From contig CAWAIF010000003.1 in the NCBI GenBank assembly GCA_963782055.1, positions 256,001 to 320,000 of the forward strand: a DNA stretch of 64,000 bases, read 5' to 3'. Shown piece after piece: positions 40,344-51,601 of the stretch. The DNA comes from an uncultured delta proteobacterium (GTDB lineage: Bacteria; Myxococcota_A; Polyangia; Polyangiales; Polyangiaceae). How positions within the stretch are numbered: position 1 is the stretch's first letter; each line of letters starts with the position of its first letter. Below the pieces are notes generated by a model. It was not told where the DNA came from. It made no database searches and saw only the letters and a list, made by a program, of their open reading frames with translations. The translations under genes and the position numbers were made by a program.

Positions 40344-40994
40344 ATGCCCGAGATGAAGCCCATGGATTTCGCAAATCGCGAGGGGGATCGCAACACCTCC
40401 TTCGGGGAGGCGCACCGCCAGACACCGGTCGATCGCTTCGGCGTGTGGCTCTCCTCGGTGCGCATCCGGCGCGCGGTGCGCAGCTTCGCCGGCAAGGACG
40501 TGGGCGATTTCGGCTGCGGCTTCCAGGCCGACTTCATGCGCACCGTCCTGCCGGAGGTGGCGTCGGCCACCCTGGTGGACCTCTCCCTGGCCGAGGATCT
40601 CAAGACCCACCCGAAGGTGACCGCCCTGCAGGGCGTGCTGCCCGAGATCCTGGAGAAGGTGCCCGACGCGAGCCTGGACGTCGTCCTCTGCAACAGCGTG
40701 CTCGAGCACCTCTGGAGCCCGGCGGTCGCGGTGCGTCACATGCGCCGCGTCCTGCGTCCGGGCGGGGTCGCCTTCGTGAACGTACCCTCCTGGCGCGGCA
40801 AGTTCTTCCTGGAGACCGCCGCCTTTCGCCTCCACGTGAGCCCCGCGCAGGAGATGGACGACCACAAGCGCTACTACTCGCCGCGGGAGCTCTGGACGCT
40901 CCTGGTGGAGGGTGGCTTCCGGCCGAGCGAGATCAAGGCGTGCCACACGCACAAGTTCGGGCTGAACACATTTGCCTGGTGCCGGCTGAGCTGA
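40344..40994 (+). CDS. Class I SAM-dependent methyltransferase
   Basis: DFGCG, SVLEHL, RVLRPGG, DHKRYYS. Confidence 0.88.
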   Translation: MPEMKPMDFANREGDRNTSFGEAHRQTPVDRFGVWLSSVRIRRAVRSFAGKDVGDFGCGFQADFMRTVLPEVASATLVDLSLAEDLKTHPKVTALQGVLPEILEKVPDASLDVVLCNSVLEHLWSPAVAVRHMRRVLRPGGVAFVNVPSWRGKFFLETAAFRLHVSPAQEMDDHKRYYSPRELWTLLVEGGFRPSEIKACHTHKFGLNTFAWCRLS

Positions 40995-41091
40995 CGCCGG
41001 CCCTCCCGCGGGGCGCGCGCCGGCCTCCGGCGAGCCCGTGGCGCGACGCCGCGGCGCGTGTGCTACACAAAGAAATTACTTAGGAGGACGA

Positions 41092-41748
41092 ATGGCCATC
41101 TTCATCGACAGCTCGGACCCCAAGGAAATCAAGGATCTCTTCGGCTGGGGGGTGCTCTCCGGCGTCACCACCAACCCGCTCATCATCTCCCGCGAGGCGC
41201 CCGACGCCGACCTGGGCGAGCGCATCCGCGAGATCCTCGCGGTGAGCTGGGGCGACGTCTCGGTGGAGCTCACGACGGAGACCGAGAAGGAGATGCTGGA
41301 GGAGGCGGCCGGCTATCACGCCTGGGACCCGCAGCGCATCACCATCAAGGTGCCGATGAGCGAGCACGGCCTGCGTGTCGTGCACGCGCTCACCAAGAAG
41401 GGCGTGAAGACCAACGTCACCTGCCTGATGGCGATGAACCAGGCGTACCTCGCCGCCCTCGCCGGGGCGACGTACGTCAGCATCTTCAGCGGGCGCGTGC
41501 GCGACATGGGCTACGACGTCTTCCCGGTCATCGAGAACACCCGCAAGGTGCTCGACCGCGAGGGCCTGGGCGCCAAGATCATCGTCGGATCCATGCGCCA
41601 CATGATGGACGTGAACGAGGCGCTCAACGCCGGCGCTCACGTCCCCACGATCACCCCGCCCATCCTGCGCAAGATGGTGTGGAACCCGCGGACGATCACC
41701 ACGATCGACGAGTTCAACACCGCCTGGAAGAACCGCGGCAAGAAGTAG
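41092..41748 (+). CDS. tal: Transaldolase / fructose-6-P aldolase family (short TalC type)
   Basis: IFIDS, GVTTNP, IKVP (Schiff-base Lys), TNVT, YVSIFSGR; strong AGGAGG ribosome-binding site. Confidence 0.88.
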   Translation: MAIFIDSSDPKEIKDLFGWGVLSGVTTNPLIISREAPDADLGERIREILAVSWGDVSVELTTETEKEMLEEAAGYHAWDPQRITIKVPMSEHGLRVVHALTKKGVKTNVTCLMAMNQAYLAALAGATYVSIFSGRVRDMGYDVFPVIENTRKVLDREGLGAKIIVGSMRHMMDVNEALNAGAHVPTITPPILRKMVWNPRTITTIDEFNTAWKNRGKK

Positions 41749-41769
41749 CCGGCGGACGGCGAGGGCGCG

Positions 41770-42393
41770 TCACGCAGGCTTGCGGGCGCGCCCGGCCAGC
41801 ACCCAGCCGAAGGAGATGCGCTCGACGCGGACCTCCACCAGGCCCGCCGCGGCGAGGGTGCGTTCCAGCCGCGCCGCGTCGAACTTGGTCGGGTGCAGCC
41901 CCTTGCGGCTGAACCCTTGCGCGCGCGCGACAATCTCCAGGGCGGTGCCCTCGATGACGCGCAGCAATCGCGAGCCGTAGTTGGGCGTGGTGACGAGCAG
42001 CCGGCCGCCGGGCGCCGTCACGCGCACCAGCTCCTCCAGCCAGGGGCCGGGCTCGACGACGTGCTCGATGACGTCCATGGCCACCACCAGGTCGAAGCTC
42101 CCCGCCGGGTAGGGCAGGGGCGCGCCCGCCGTGATGACGTCGGCGCGCTCCAGGCGCCCCGCGTGCAGCCGCCGCGCTGCCTCCACCGCGCGCGGGTCGA
42201 TGTCGCACGCGGTGTAGCGCGCCCCGCGCGGCAGGCGCTCCAGCTCGAAGAAGGGACCGGCGCCCACGTTGAGCACGCGCTCCCCGGCGCGCACCTCCCC
42301 GCGGAGGGCCCGCACCAGCGGCCCGTGGTAGAGGCTCCACGGGAAGCGGAGCTTCAGCCGGTGGTTGTCGAAGTAGTCGACCGCCTCGGCCAT
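41770..42393 (-). CDS. Class I SAM-dependent methyltransferase
   Basis: VLNVGAG, FDLVVAMDVIEHV, APGGRLLVTTPN. Confidence 0.88.
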   Translation of the reverse strand: MAEAVDYFDNHRLKLRFPWSLYHGPLVRALRGEVRAGERVLNVGAGPFFELERLPRGARYTACDIDPRAVEAARRLHAGRLERADVITAGAPLPYPAGSFDLVVAMDVIEHVVEPGPWLEELVRVTAPGGRLLVTTPNYGSRLLRVIEGTALEIVARAQGFSRKGLHPTKFDAARLERTLAAAGLVEVRVERISFGWVLAGRARKPA

Positions 42394-42394
42394 G

Positions 42395-43219
42395 TCAGCG
42401 CTCGCGCCTGACCACGACCAGGAACTCCGCGGTCGGCGTGTCGTCGCCGGCGAGGGCGAGGGCGGCCGTCGCCAGGCGGTAGGCAATGGGGGCGGCCGCG
42501 CGCCTCGCGCGAGGGAAGTTGGTCCAGCGCGTCGTCATCTTGCGGTTCATCCACCCGAGCACCGAGGGCAAGAGGAAGAGCTCGAACGCCACCGTCGTCG
42601 CGGTGGAGAGCACCGGCTCGATGGACTCCAGCACGAAGGGCGAGCGCGCGACCACGTCCCGCCAGCCCTGCTCGTCGTAGAGGTGGTGGTGCACGAAGAC
42701 GCGGTCCAGCCGGTCCTGCAGCGCCTTCGACAGCCCGGGGAAGCCGGCGACTCGCAGCGCGCGGAGGCTGACCATGTGGCTCGCCCAGTCGCGGTTGGGC
42801 ACGAAGAGGTACGCGCGCCCGCCCGGCTTGAGGCTGTCGTGGATGGTGCGCAGCGCCTGGTCCAGGTCGGGCACGTGCTCGAGCGAGCAGTTGGCCACGC
42901 ACGTCTCGAAGAAGGCGGCGGGCAAGCGGGCGCGGGTGATGTCGCCCAGGATGATCTGGTCGTAGGCGCGGCTCGCCTGCGCCCAGCGCCCCTCGTTGGC
43001 GTCGATGTCGATACCCCACACCTCCGCGTCGGCGAAGGCGATGGACGCGAAGAGGCCGTCTCCGCACCCCACGTCCAGGATGGGGCTCGCGCACCCGTGG
43101 CGGCGCAGCACGTCCAGGCGGGCGCACTCCTTGATGCAGAGCGCCGTCGGCGCCCGGGGGAAGTACCGCCGGAAGTCCTCGAGCTGGATCTCGGCTCTGC
43201 TCGGGGGAGGAGGTCGCAC
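42395..43219 (-). CDS. Class I SAM-dependent methyltransferase
   Basis: ILDVGCGDG, SLEHVPD, LKPGG. Confidence 0.88.
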   Translation of the reverse strand: MRPPPPSRAEIQLEDFRRYFPRAPTALCIKECARLDVLRRHGCASPILDVGCGDGLFASIAFADAEVWGIDIDANEGRWAQASRAYDQIILGDITRARLPAAFFETCVANCSLEHVPDLDQALRTIHDSLKPGGRAYLFVPNRDWASHMVSLRALRVAGFPGLSKALQDRLDRVFVHHHLYDEQGWRDVVARSPFVLESIEPVLSTATTVAFELFLLPSVLGWMNRKMTTRWTNFPRARRAAAPIAYRLATAALALAGDDTPTAEFLVVVRRER

Positions 43220-45241
43220 TCAGTCCTTCTTCGGTCCCTCGTTGTAGCCGCGCGGGCGGTACTTGGGGTCCACGCCGTTGTTCTTCTCGCCGTTGTTCGC
43301 CACGTCGCGCTGCAGGTAGTCCAGCCAGGAGCCCGGGTGCGCGGCGCCCATCTTCTCCAGCTCGGCCTCGTGCTGGTCGAAGTCCTTCTCGTCCCACATG
43401 CACTGCAGGCCCAGCGCGATGAGGCTGAGGTCGTTGGGGCCGAGCTCGAAGCCGCGCTTGTAGTGCGGCCATGCCTCCTCCGCGCGGTGCATCCGGCAGA
43501 GGGTGTCGCCCAGGTAGACGTTCGCCATCGGCCACTCGGGCGCGAGCTTCAGGGCCACCAGGTTCGCCTTGCGGCGCTCCTCCAGGTTGCCGCGGGCGCC
43601 TTGCATGACCGAGTAGTTGAGGTGGGCCTTGGCGCTGTTGGGCACCGCGTGCCGCGTGGCGTCCCAGAAGGTGAGGTCGTCGGCGTAGTCGTCGGCGTGC
43701 CGCCGCGCGGAGAAGGACTGCATGCCGAAGTAGAGGCCGACGAAGGCGATGCCCGCCCACGCCAGGTGCTTCGCGCGGGTGACGTCCAGCAGGCGGTGGA
43801 GCGCGATGGCGACCAGGACGCTGGAGCCGATGGCGGGGAAGTACCAGAAGCGCTCGGCGCGCACCGTGGGCAGCACGAGCGGAATGTTGGAGACGGGGAA
43901 GTAGCTCACCACGATCCACGTCATCGCCACCGCGGCGATGGCGCCGTAGTCCACCAGGAGGGCGCTCTCCCCGCGCAGCCGCGCCTTCCACGCGCGCCAC
44001 ATCGCGCGCACGCCGACGACGAGGGACGCCAGCATCGGTCCGACCATCATCAGCGCGCCGAGCACGCTCTCCGGGAAGACGAGGTGCTTGGGGATGGGCT
44101 CCTGCGGCGCCGAGTAGTCGCCGGAGAGCGTCCACGGGAAGACGACCTGCGTGAGGCCGCGCCAGTAGACTCGCAGCGCGCCCGCCGTGCGGAAGGAGGG
44201 CGTCGCCTTCACCAGCGGGTTGTTGAGCGGGTCCTTCGGCAGCCCGGGTTGCGCGTACCAGCGCAGCAGCCCGGCGAAGGTGCGGCCGGCGAGGCCCTTG
44301 TGCGCGCTCGCCGCCGGGAGCAGCTCCGGCGGCGTGGGCGTGGGGAACATCCGTTTTCGCGCCTCGACGTAGAGCACGAAGGCGGCCATCGTCGCGGTGA
44401 GCGCCACGCCCATCCGCGCCCAGCGCATCGGCCGCTTGGGGTGCGTCACGTGCGCCATGAGCAGCGCGGCGAAGGGCACCAGCGGGACGATGCAGAGCGC
44501 GCTCTCCTTGGAGTACAGGCCCAGGAGCGTGGCGCCGAAGAGGGCGAGGGGCATCCCCCACATGGGCAGCGCCAGCGCGCACAGCGCGAGCAGCGCGCCC
44601 AGGCCGCCGAGCACGTCGGCCAGGCCGACCACGCCGCTCACCGCCTCCGTCACCACCGCGCACGCGGTGAAGGCCACCCCGGCGAGCCACGCGGTGCCGC
44701 GGTTCTTGGTGACGCGCATCACGATGAGCACGAGCAGCGCGCCGTTCACCCCGTGCAACAGGACGTTGATCCAGTGATGGAGGAAGGGGGTCTGGTCGCG
44801 CGCGCCGAGCGCCCAGAGGGCGCGCCAGATGAGGTCGGGCAGCGGCCGGTAGGAGCCGATGGTGCGGTCGGGTGTCAGGCCCCAGAAGTCGCGGTAGAAG
44901 GCGTCGACCCAGCGCAGGTGCGACGTCGGGTCGGCCACGCTGCGCACGTACGGGTTGGCGAGCAGCGCCTCCTGCTCGTCGAAGATGAAGTTGGTGCGCA
45001 CCGGGTTGCGCGTGTAAAGGAGCATCGACAGAAAGCACATCGGCACGATGGCCGAGCTCAGCGTCGGGTCCTCGCCCAGGAAGTAACCGCGCAGGAAGGA
45101 GCGGACCGTGATGATCCACGGCGGCTTGCCGTCCTTCCTGCTGGCGTCGGCCGGCGTCCCCGCGGGCGCGGTCTCCGCCGACGGCGGCGCGTCGGCCGGA
45201 GCGGTCTCGGGCGGCGGCGGATCGTGGGGCGGCTCGGTCAT
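43220..45241 (-). CDS. TMTC-like protein O-glycosyltransferase (GT-C, DUF1736, TPR)
   Basis: FIFDE...N, DFWG...SYRPL, INVLLH, TEAVSGVVG-ADVL, SKE, FPWTLSGDYS, PVSN...AERFWYFP, PNSAKAHLN, then TPRs. Confidence 0.82.
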   Translation of the reverse strand: MTEPPHDPPPPETAPADAPPSAETAPAGTPADASRKDGKPPWIITVRSFLRGYFLGEDPTLSSAIVPMCFLSMLLYTRNPVRTNFIFDEQEALLANPYVRSVADPTSHLRWVDAFYRDFWGLTPDRTIGSYRPLPDLIWRALWALGARDQTPFLHHWINVLLHGVNGALLVLIVMRVTKNRGTAWLAGVAFTACAVVTEAVSGVVGLADVLGGLGALLALCALALPMWGMPLALFGATLLGLYSKESALCIVPLVPFAALLMAHVTHPKRPMRWARMGVALTATMAAFVLYVEARKRMFPTPTPPELLPAASAHKGLAGRTFAGLLRWYAQPGLPKDPLNNPLVKATPSFRTAGALRVYWRGLTQVVFPWTLSGDYSAPQEPIPKHLVFPESVLGALMMVGPMLASLVVGVRAMWRAWKARLRGESALLVDYGAIAAVAMTWIVVSYFPVSNIPLVLPTVRAERFWYFPAIGSSVLVAIALHRLLDVTRAKHLAWAGIAFVGLYFGMQSFSARRHADDYADDLTFWDATRHAVPNSAKAHLNYSVMQGARGNLEERRKANLVALKLAPEWPMANVYLGDTLCRMHRAEEAWPHYKRGFELGPNDLSLIALGLQCMWDEKDFDQHEAELEKMGAAHPGSWLDYLQRDVANNGEKNNGVDPKYRPRGYNEGPKKD

Positions 45242-45263
45242 CGGCTCGCGTGGGGGACGGGGG

Positions 45264-46088
45264 TCACCGGATGCCAGGGATGGGCGGGGCCTGCTCGCCG
45301 TGATCGGGGATCATCCACGTGTCGCCCCAGAGGTGGGCGCCGCCGTCGATGTACCAGGTCTCGCCCGTCACGAAATCGGCGGCGTCGGTCGTGAGGTAGA
45401 CGACCAGCTCGGCCACCTCCTCCACGGTGCCCAGCCGTTTCTTGGGCGTGCGCTGGCGGCTCATCTCCACCAGCTCCGGCGGGTACTGGTCCACGCCGCT
45501 CGAGCGGATGATCCCCGGCGCCACAGCGTTGACCTGGATGTCGTACTGCGCCCACTCGACGGCGAGCGTCTTGGTCATGTTCTCCACGCCCGCGCGCGCG
45601 GCGCCGGTGTGGACCATGCCCGGGAAGCCGCGGGCGATGTTGGCGATGACGTTGACGATGCGCCCGCGCTTGTTCGGGATCATGTGCCTGGTGGCGACGG
45701 CCTGGGTCATGAAGAAGGTGCCGTTCAGGTTGTTGCGGATCACGGCCTCCCAACCCTTGGGGGCCAGGTTTTCTGCCGCCGTCGGGAACTGGCCGCCAGC
45801 ATTGTTGACCAGTACGTCCGCGTGGCCCAGCTCGGCCTCCACCTTCTCGACGAAGGCGGCGATCTGCTCCAGCTCGCGGATGTCGCAGGTGGCGGTCATG
45901 ACCTGGACGCCGCCCTCGGCCAGGTGTGCCTTGGCCGCGGCGAGGCGCTCCGCCTTGCGGCCGCAGATGGCGACCTTCGCGCCCAGCTCGCCCAGCTCCC
46001 GGGCGATGGCGAGCCCGATGCCGCTGCCGCCTCCGGTGACGATCGCGACGTGACCGGCCATGAGCCCCGGACGGAAGATGGAAGGCAT
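45264..46088 (-). CDS. SDR oxidoreductase (trans-2-enoyl/dienoyl-CoA reductase-like)
   Basis: TGGGSGIG, NNAGGQF, HTGAARAGV, VNAVAPG, IDGG. Confidence 0.88.
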   Translation of the reverse strand: MPSIFRPGLMAGHVAIVTGGGSGIGLAIARELGELGAKVAICGRKAERLAAAKAHLAEGGVQVMTATCDIRELEQIAAFVEKVEAELGHADVLVNNAGGQFPTAAENLAPKGWEAVIRNNLNGTFFMTQAVATRHMIPNKRGRIVNVIANIARGFPGMVHTGAARAGVENMTKTLAVEWAQYDIQVNAVAPGIIRSSGVDQYPPELVEMSRQRTPKKRLGTVEEVAELVVYLTTDAADFVTGETWYIDGGAHLWGDTWMIPDHGEQAPPIPGIR

Positions 46089-46144
46089 GCGCCTTTTCTT
46101 ACCCCAACCCGGCGCGGAGGCCGAGCCCGAAGCCCCGGGCGTGA

Positions 46145-46873
46145 TCAGTCGGCGAGCTCCTCGGCCGGCTCGGGGGGCGGGAGCTCGGCCTTGTGGCTGC
46201 GGCGCGTCTCGATGGCGGAGCGCGCGAGCTCGTCGGCGCGCTCGTTGAGCGGGACGCCGGCGTGGCCGCGCACGTAGACGAAGCGCACGCCGGTGCGGCC
46301 CTGCAGGGCGCGCTTGATGTCGGCGATGAGGTCGACGTTGGCCTTCGCTTTCCAGCCCTTGCTGAGCACGCCGATGGCGTACTGGCTGTCGGTGTGGATG
46401 ACGACGGGCTCGTGCCCCGGCACCAGCCCGAGCGCGTGCAGGATGGCCGTCAGCTCCGCTACGTTGTTGGTCGCCTGGCCGAGGTAGTCCCAGCCCTCCG
46501 CGATGCGCCCGTCGGGGGTCACCACGATGAACCCGCTGCCCGCCGGGCCGGGGTTCCCGGTGCACGCGCCGTCGGTGTAGGCGATCCACGTGCCGTGCGG
46601 CACGGGCTCGGGGCGCGTGCCGTGCGCCGGGGCGCCACCGCGGCCCTTCGCCCCCGAACGCGTCGCCGGCTCGTCCGCGGGCGGGCACGTGTCGTCGGGG
46701 AGGATCGCCGCGGCGGCGTCGATGGCCAGGTTGCCCGGAGCGGCGCGGTAGGCGCGCGCGTCGGTGGGCTTGTAGCGGATCTCCACGCGGCCGCCGCGCG
46801 CATCGAGGCTGCCGTCCTCCTTGACGCGGGCGAGCACGCGTTGCCCGCGGATGGTGGCCTGGCGCCAGGGCAT
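46145..46873 (-). CDS. rnhA: Ribonuclease HI with N-terminal extension
   Basis: YTDGACTGNPGPAG, TNNVAELTAI, TDSQY, VRGHAGVPLNERADELA. Confidence 0.92.
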   Translation of the reverse strand: MPWRQATIRGQRVLARVKEDGSLDARGGRVEIRYKPTDARAYRAAPGNLAIDAAAAILPDDTCPPADEPATRSGAKGRGGAPAHGTRPEPVPHGTWIAYTDGACTGNPGPAGSGFIVVTPDGRIAEGWDYLGQATNNVAELTAILHALGLVPGHEPVVIHTDSQYAIGVLSKGWKAKANVDLIADIKRALQGRTGVRFVYVRGHAGVPLNERADELARSAIETRRSHKAELPPPEPAEELAD

Positions 46874-46982
46874 GGAGGTGGCCCGAGCATAGCGCCGAAT
46901 CGCGAGCGCGGGGGCACAACCACGCCCTCCGGCCCGGGTCCGGCGCGAGATTTCCCCGGCGCCGTCGGGTATGGTGGCGCGC

Positions 46983-48317
<1,335 letters not shown>

Positions 48318-48321
<4 letters not shown>

Positions 48322-49242
48322 CATCCACCCGCTCCCTCCGCGTTCGCCTCGCCGCGCTCCTCGTCGTCGCGGCGGGCTGGCTCGTCCCGCGCGACGCGCC
48401 GGCGTTCGTCCACATCGTGCGGCCGGGCGAGTCGCTCGCCGCCATCGCCACGCGCTTCTACGGCGACGCCACCCGCGAGCTGCTCCTCGCCGACGCCAAC
48501 TCGCTCGACGCGCAGGGCGGCAGCGCCATCGTGCCCGGCATGCGGCTGGAGGTCCCGGCGTGCAGCTTCCACCGCGTCGTGGAGCACGAGACGTGGAGCA
48601 GCATCGCCCGCGACTGGCTCGGGGACGCCCGCCGCGCCGACACCCTCGCGCGGGAGAACGGCGCGGTGGCCTGGGTCGCGCCGTCGGTGGGCCAGGAGGT
48701 CCGCATCCCCTTCGTGCTCACGCACATCGCCGCCGAGGGGGACACCACGCTGGCGCTCGCGCGCCGCTACCTCGGCGATCCCAACCGCGGCTGGGAGCTG
48801 GACGCCTTCAACTTCCGCAAGGAGTGGAAGCTCGTCCGCGGCGACGTGGTCCTCGTGCCCATCGCCGATCTGGACCTCACCGAGGCGGGGATGGCGGAGG
48901 CCGAGCAGGCCCGCGCGCGCGACCGGACCGCGCACGGCGGCGACGTGCTGACGATGCAGAAGAAGGTGAGCGCGGAGCTGCCCGGCCTGCTCGCGGAGCT
49001 GCGCGCGGGGAAGTACGTCGAGGTGGTGGCGCACGGCAGCCGGCTGCTCGGGGCGGGCGAGCTCACCCGCGCGCAGCTCGCGACCATCCACCGCACCTTG
49101 CTCGAGGCCTTCGTCGCGCTGGACGCCCGCCCCGCCGCCACCGCCGAGTGCGCCGAGTGGCGCAAGGTGGAGCCGCACAAGGTGCTCGACCCGGTGCTCG
49201 TCAGCCCCAAGAATCCGCTCGGTCTGCGGCGCGTCACGCTGA
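48318..49242 (+). CDS. Secreted multi-LysM protein, probable extra A at 49212
   Basis: Signal peptide; three LysM-like repeats (HIVRPGESLAAIA, HRVVEHETWSSIA, HIAAEGDTTLALA). Removing one A gives SPKIRSVCGASR-stop at 49242; as read, it runs to 49337 into the next gene. Confidence 0.75.
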
Positions 49243-49315
49243 CCTCCTCGCCGGCACCGCGCTTGCTAGGCAGCCTCCGCGGCCCAGCGGCCGCCTACCG
49301 ACATGGAGGTCGAAC

Positions 49316-49744
49316 ATGCGATGCGAGAACATCATGACCAAGCAGCTGCACACTCTGCCGGACACGAGCAGCACCCTGGAAGCCGCCAAGGTGATGCGCG
49401 ACTACAACATCGGGTTCGTCCCGGTGACCAACGGCAACGGCCAGATCGTGGGCACGCTGACGGATCGTGACATCGTGGTGCGCCTCGCCGCCGGGAACGG
49501 CTCGCTCAACACGCAGATCCGGCAGCACATGACCTCCGAGGTGGTGACCTGCAAGGCGAGCGACGACGTCGCGCAGGCCGAGGCGCTCATGCGGCGGCAG
49601 CGCAAGTCGCGCCTCGTGTGCGTCGACGATCAGCGCCACCCCGTGGGGGTGATCAGCCTCTCCGACCTCGCGCAGCACGACGACCCCGCGACCGTCGGGC
49701 AGACCCTGCGCGAGATCACCCGCCGCGAGGCGCGCCCCGGCTGA
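49316..49744 (+). CDS. CBS domain pair protein
   Basis: IMT...[15 protein letters not shown]...GTLTDRDIV...[14 protein letters not shown] ribosome-binding site. Confidence 0.9.
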   Translation: MRCENIMTKQLHTLPDTSSTLEAAKVMRDYNIGFVPVTNGNGQIVGTLTDRDIVVRLAAGNGSLNTQIRQHMTSEVVTCKASDDVAQAEALMRRQRKSRLVCVDDQRHPVGVISLSDLAQHDDPATVGQTLREITRREARPG

Positions 49745-49944
49745 CGCGCGGCGTTCTCCGTGCCCGCCTCCTGTTGGGCGGGCGCGGAGGGCGTCTGCAA
49801 TCGATGCGGACGCGCACCGTGGCTCGTCGCCACGGTCGTGGCGAGTCGACTCGCGCGCAGGCCGCCCGCTCGTCTCCCGCCCCGGTCCGGAGGTCGATGG
49901 TGGGCGGACCGCGCGGCCGGCGCGGCGTGTGCAAGGCGCCGGGC

Positions 49945-50412
49945 ATGGACATCCACATCGGAATCGACGGCAAGCAGCGGGAGCAGATCGGCGCGGCTCT
50001 GGCCAAGGTCCAGGCGGACACGTACACGCTCTACCTGCAGACTCACAACTTCCACTGGAACGTGACCGGCCCCATGTTCCGGTCGCTCCACCTGATGTTC
50101 GAGGAGCAATACAACGAGCTCTGGCTCGCGGTGGACCTGCTCGCCGAACGCATCCGTGCCCTGGGCGTCGACGCGCCAGGCACGCACAAGAAGCTCGCGG
50201 CGCTCACCTCCATCAAAGAGGACGAGAACATCCCGCGTGCGCAGGACATGATCCGCCGCCTGGTGGAGGGACACGAGACGGTCGTCCGCACCGCCCGCGA
50301 GGGCTTCCGGCTCGCAGAGGACGCCCGCGACGAGCCGACCGCCAGCCTGCTCACCGACAGGATGTGCATCCACGAGAAGTACGCGTGGATGCTGCGCAGC
50401 ATGCTGGAGTGA
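49945..50412 (+). CDS. dps: Dps DNA-protection ferritin-like protein
   Basis: [43 protein letters not shown]. Confidence 0.95.
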   Translation: MDIHIGIDGKQREQIGAALAKVQADTYTLYLQTHNFHWNVTGPMFRSLHLMFEEQYNELWLAVDLLAERIRALGVDAPGTHKKLAALTSIKEDENIPRAQDMIRRLVEGHETVVRTAREGFRLAEDARDEPTASLLTDRMCIHEKYAWMLRSMLE

Positions 50413-50469
50413 CCTCGAAAACCGTCCACAGGTGCTGGGGGAGGAGCGATCTGCGCTAGGCTCTGGCGG

Positions 50470-51600
50470 ATGTCCGAAGGGCCCGTCACGCCGCGACGCC
50501 ACACAGCCCCGCCGCTCAGCGTGGGGCGGTCGCTCGGCGATTTCCAGCTCGTCGGCGTGCTGGGCGAGGGCGGCACGGGCATCGTCTACGAGGCGACGAA
50601 GAAGGGCGACGACAGGCGGCTCGCCCTCAAGGTCATCCACGGCCACCTGCTCTACGACAAGCAGATCCGCGGTCGCTTCACGCGCGAGGCCAACATCCTG
50701 CGCCGCCTCCAGGGCGTGCACCTCTGCCCGGTGATCGAGTACGGCGAGCTGCCCGACCCGCGCGTCGACGGGGCGAGCATCCTCTTCATCGCCCTGCCCA
50801 AGATCGACGGCCCCGCGCTCGACCAGCTCCTGCGCGAGGAGGGCCCCATCACCATCGACCGCGCGCTGGACATCACGCTCCAGGTCTGCTCCGCGCTCGC
50901 CTCCGCGCACGCGCAGGGCGTCATCCACCGCGACCTGAAGCCGGCCAACGTGCTGCTGGAGGGCGGGACGCGCGCGGTCGTCGTCGACTTCGGCATGGCC
51001 AAGATCGTCACCGGCGGCGGCACCGACACCACGGGGCTCACCGCGCACAACATGGTCTTCGGCACGCCGGAGTACATGGCGCCGGAGCAGGCGCGCGGCG
51101 ACGAGCTGGACGCGCGCTGCGACGTCTACGCCGTCGGCGCCATGCTCTACGAGCTGCTCACCGGTCACGTGCCCTTCACCGGCAACACGCCGCTCAACGT
51201 GCTGACGGCGCAGCTCACCGAGGCGCCGAAGCCTCCGCGCGAGCGCGCGCCGGAGCGCGGCATCTCCATCGCCCTGGAGGCGGTGGTGCTCACCGCCCTC
51301 GCCAAGGATCCGCTCGAGCGCTACCCCACCGCGCAGGGCCTCGCGCTGGCCATCCAGCACGCGAAGGACGCGCCGGAGGACGTGGCGGGCGTCGTCCCGC
51401 GCAGCGTGCGACCGGAGGAGCTCGGCCACGCCGAGACCCTGCCCGCGCCCGCGCCCGCGTCCCTCGTCCGCGCCTCGCGCCGGACGCCCGTCGCCGCGCC
51501 GGCGGCGGAGCGCGCCGGACGCGCGTGGTGGCTGGTGTGGGTGGTGGCGGTGGCGGCGGGCGTGGGCGTCGGCGTCTGGCTGTCCCTCCGCGCGGGGTAG
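50470..51600 (+). CDS. Ser/Thr protein kinase with C-terminal TM
   Basis: LGEGGTGIVY, LALK, HRDLKPAN, DFG, GTPEYMAPE. Confidence 0.93.
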   Translation: MSEGPVTPRRHTAPPLSVGRSLGDFQLVGVLGEGGTGIVYEATKKGDDRRLALKVIHGHLLYDKQIRGRFTREANILRRLQGVHLCPVIEYGELPDPRVDGASILFIALPKIDGPALDQLLREEGPITIDRALDITLQVCSALASAHAQGVIHRDLKPANVLLEGGTRAVVVDFGMAKIVTGGGTDTTGLTAHNMVFGTPEYMAPEQARGDELDARCDVYAVGAMLYELLTGHVPFTGNTPLNVLTAQLTEAPKPPRERAPERGISIALEAVVLTALAKDPLERYPTAQGLALAIQHAKDAPEDVAGVVPRSVRPEELGHAETLPAPAPASLVRASRRTPVAAPAAERAGRAWWLVWVVAVAAGVGVGVWLSLRAG

Positions 51601-51601
51601 C

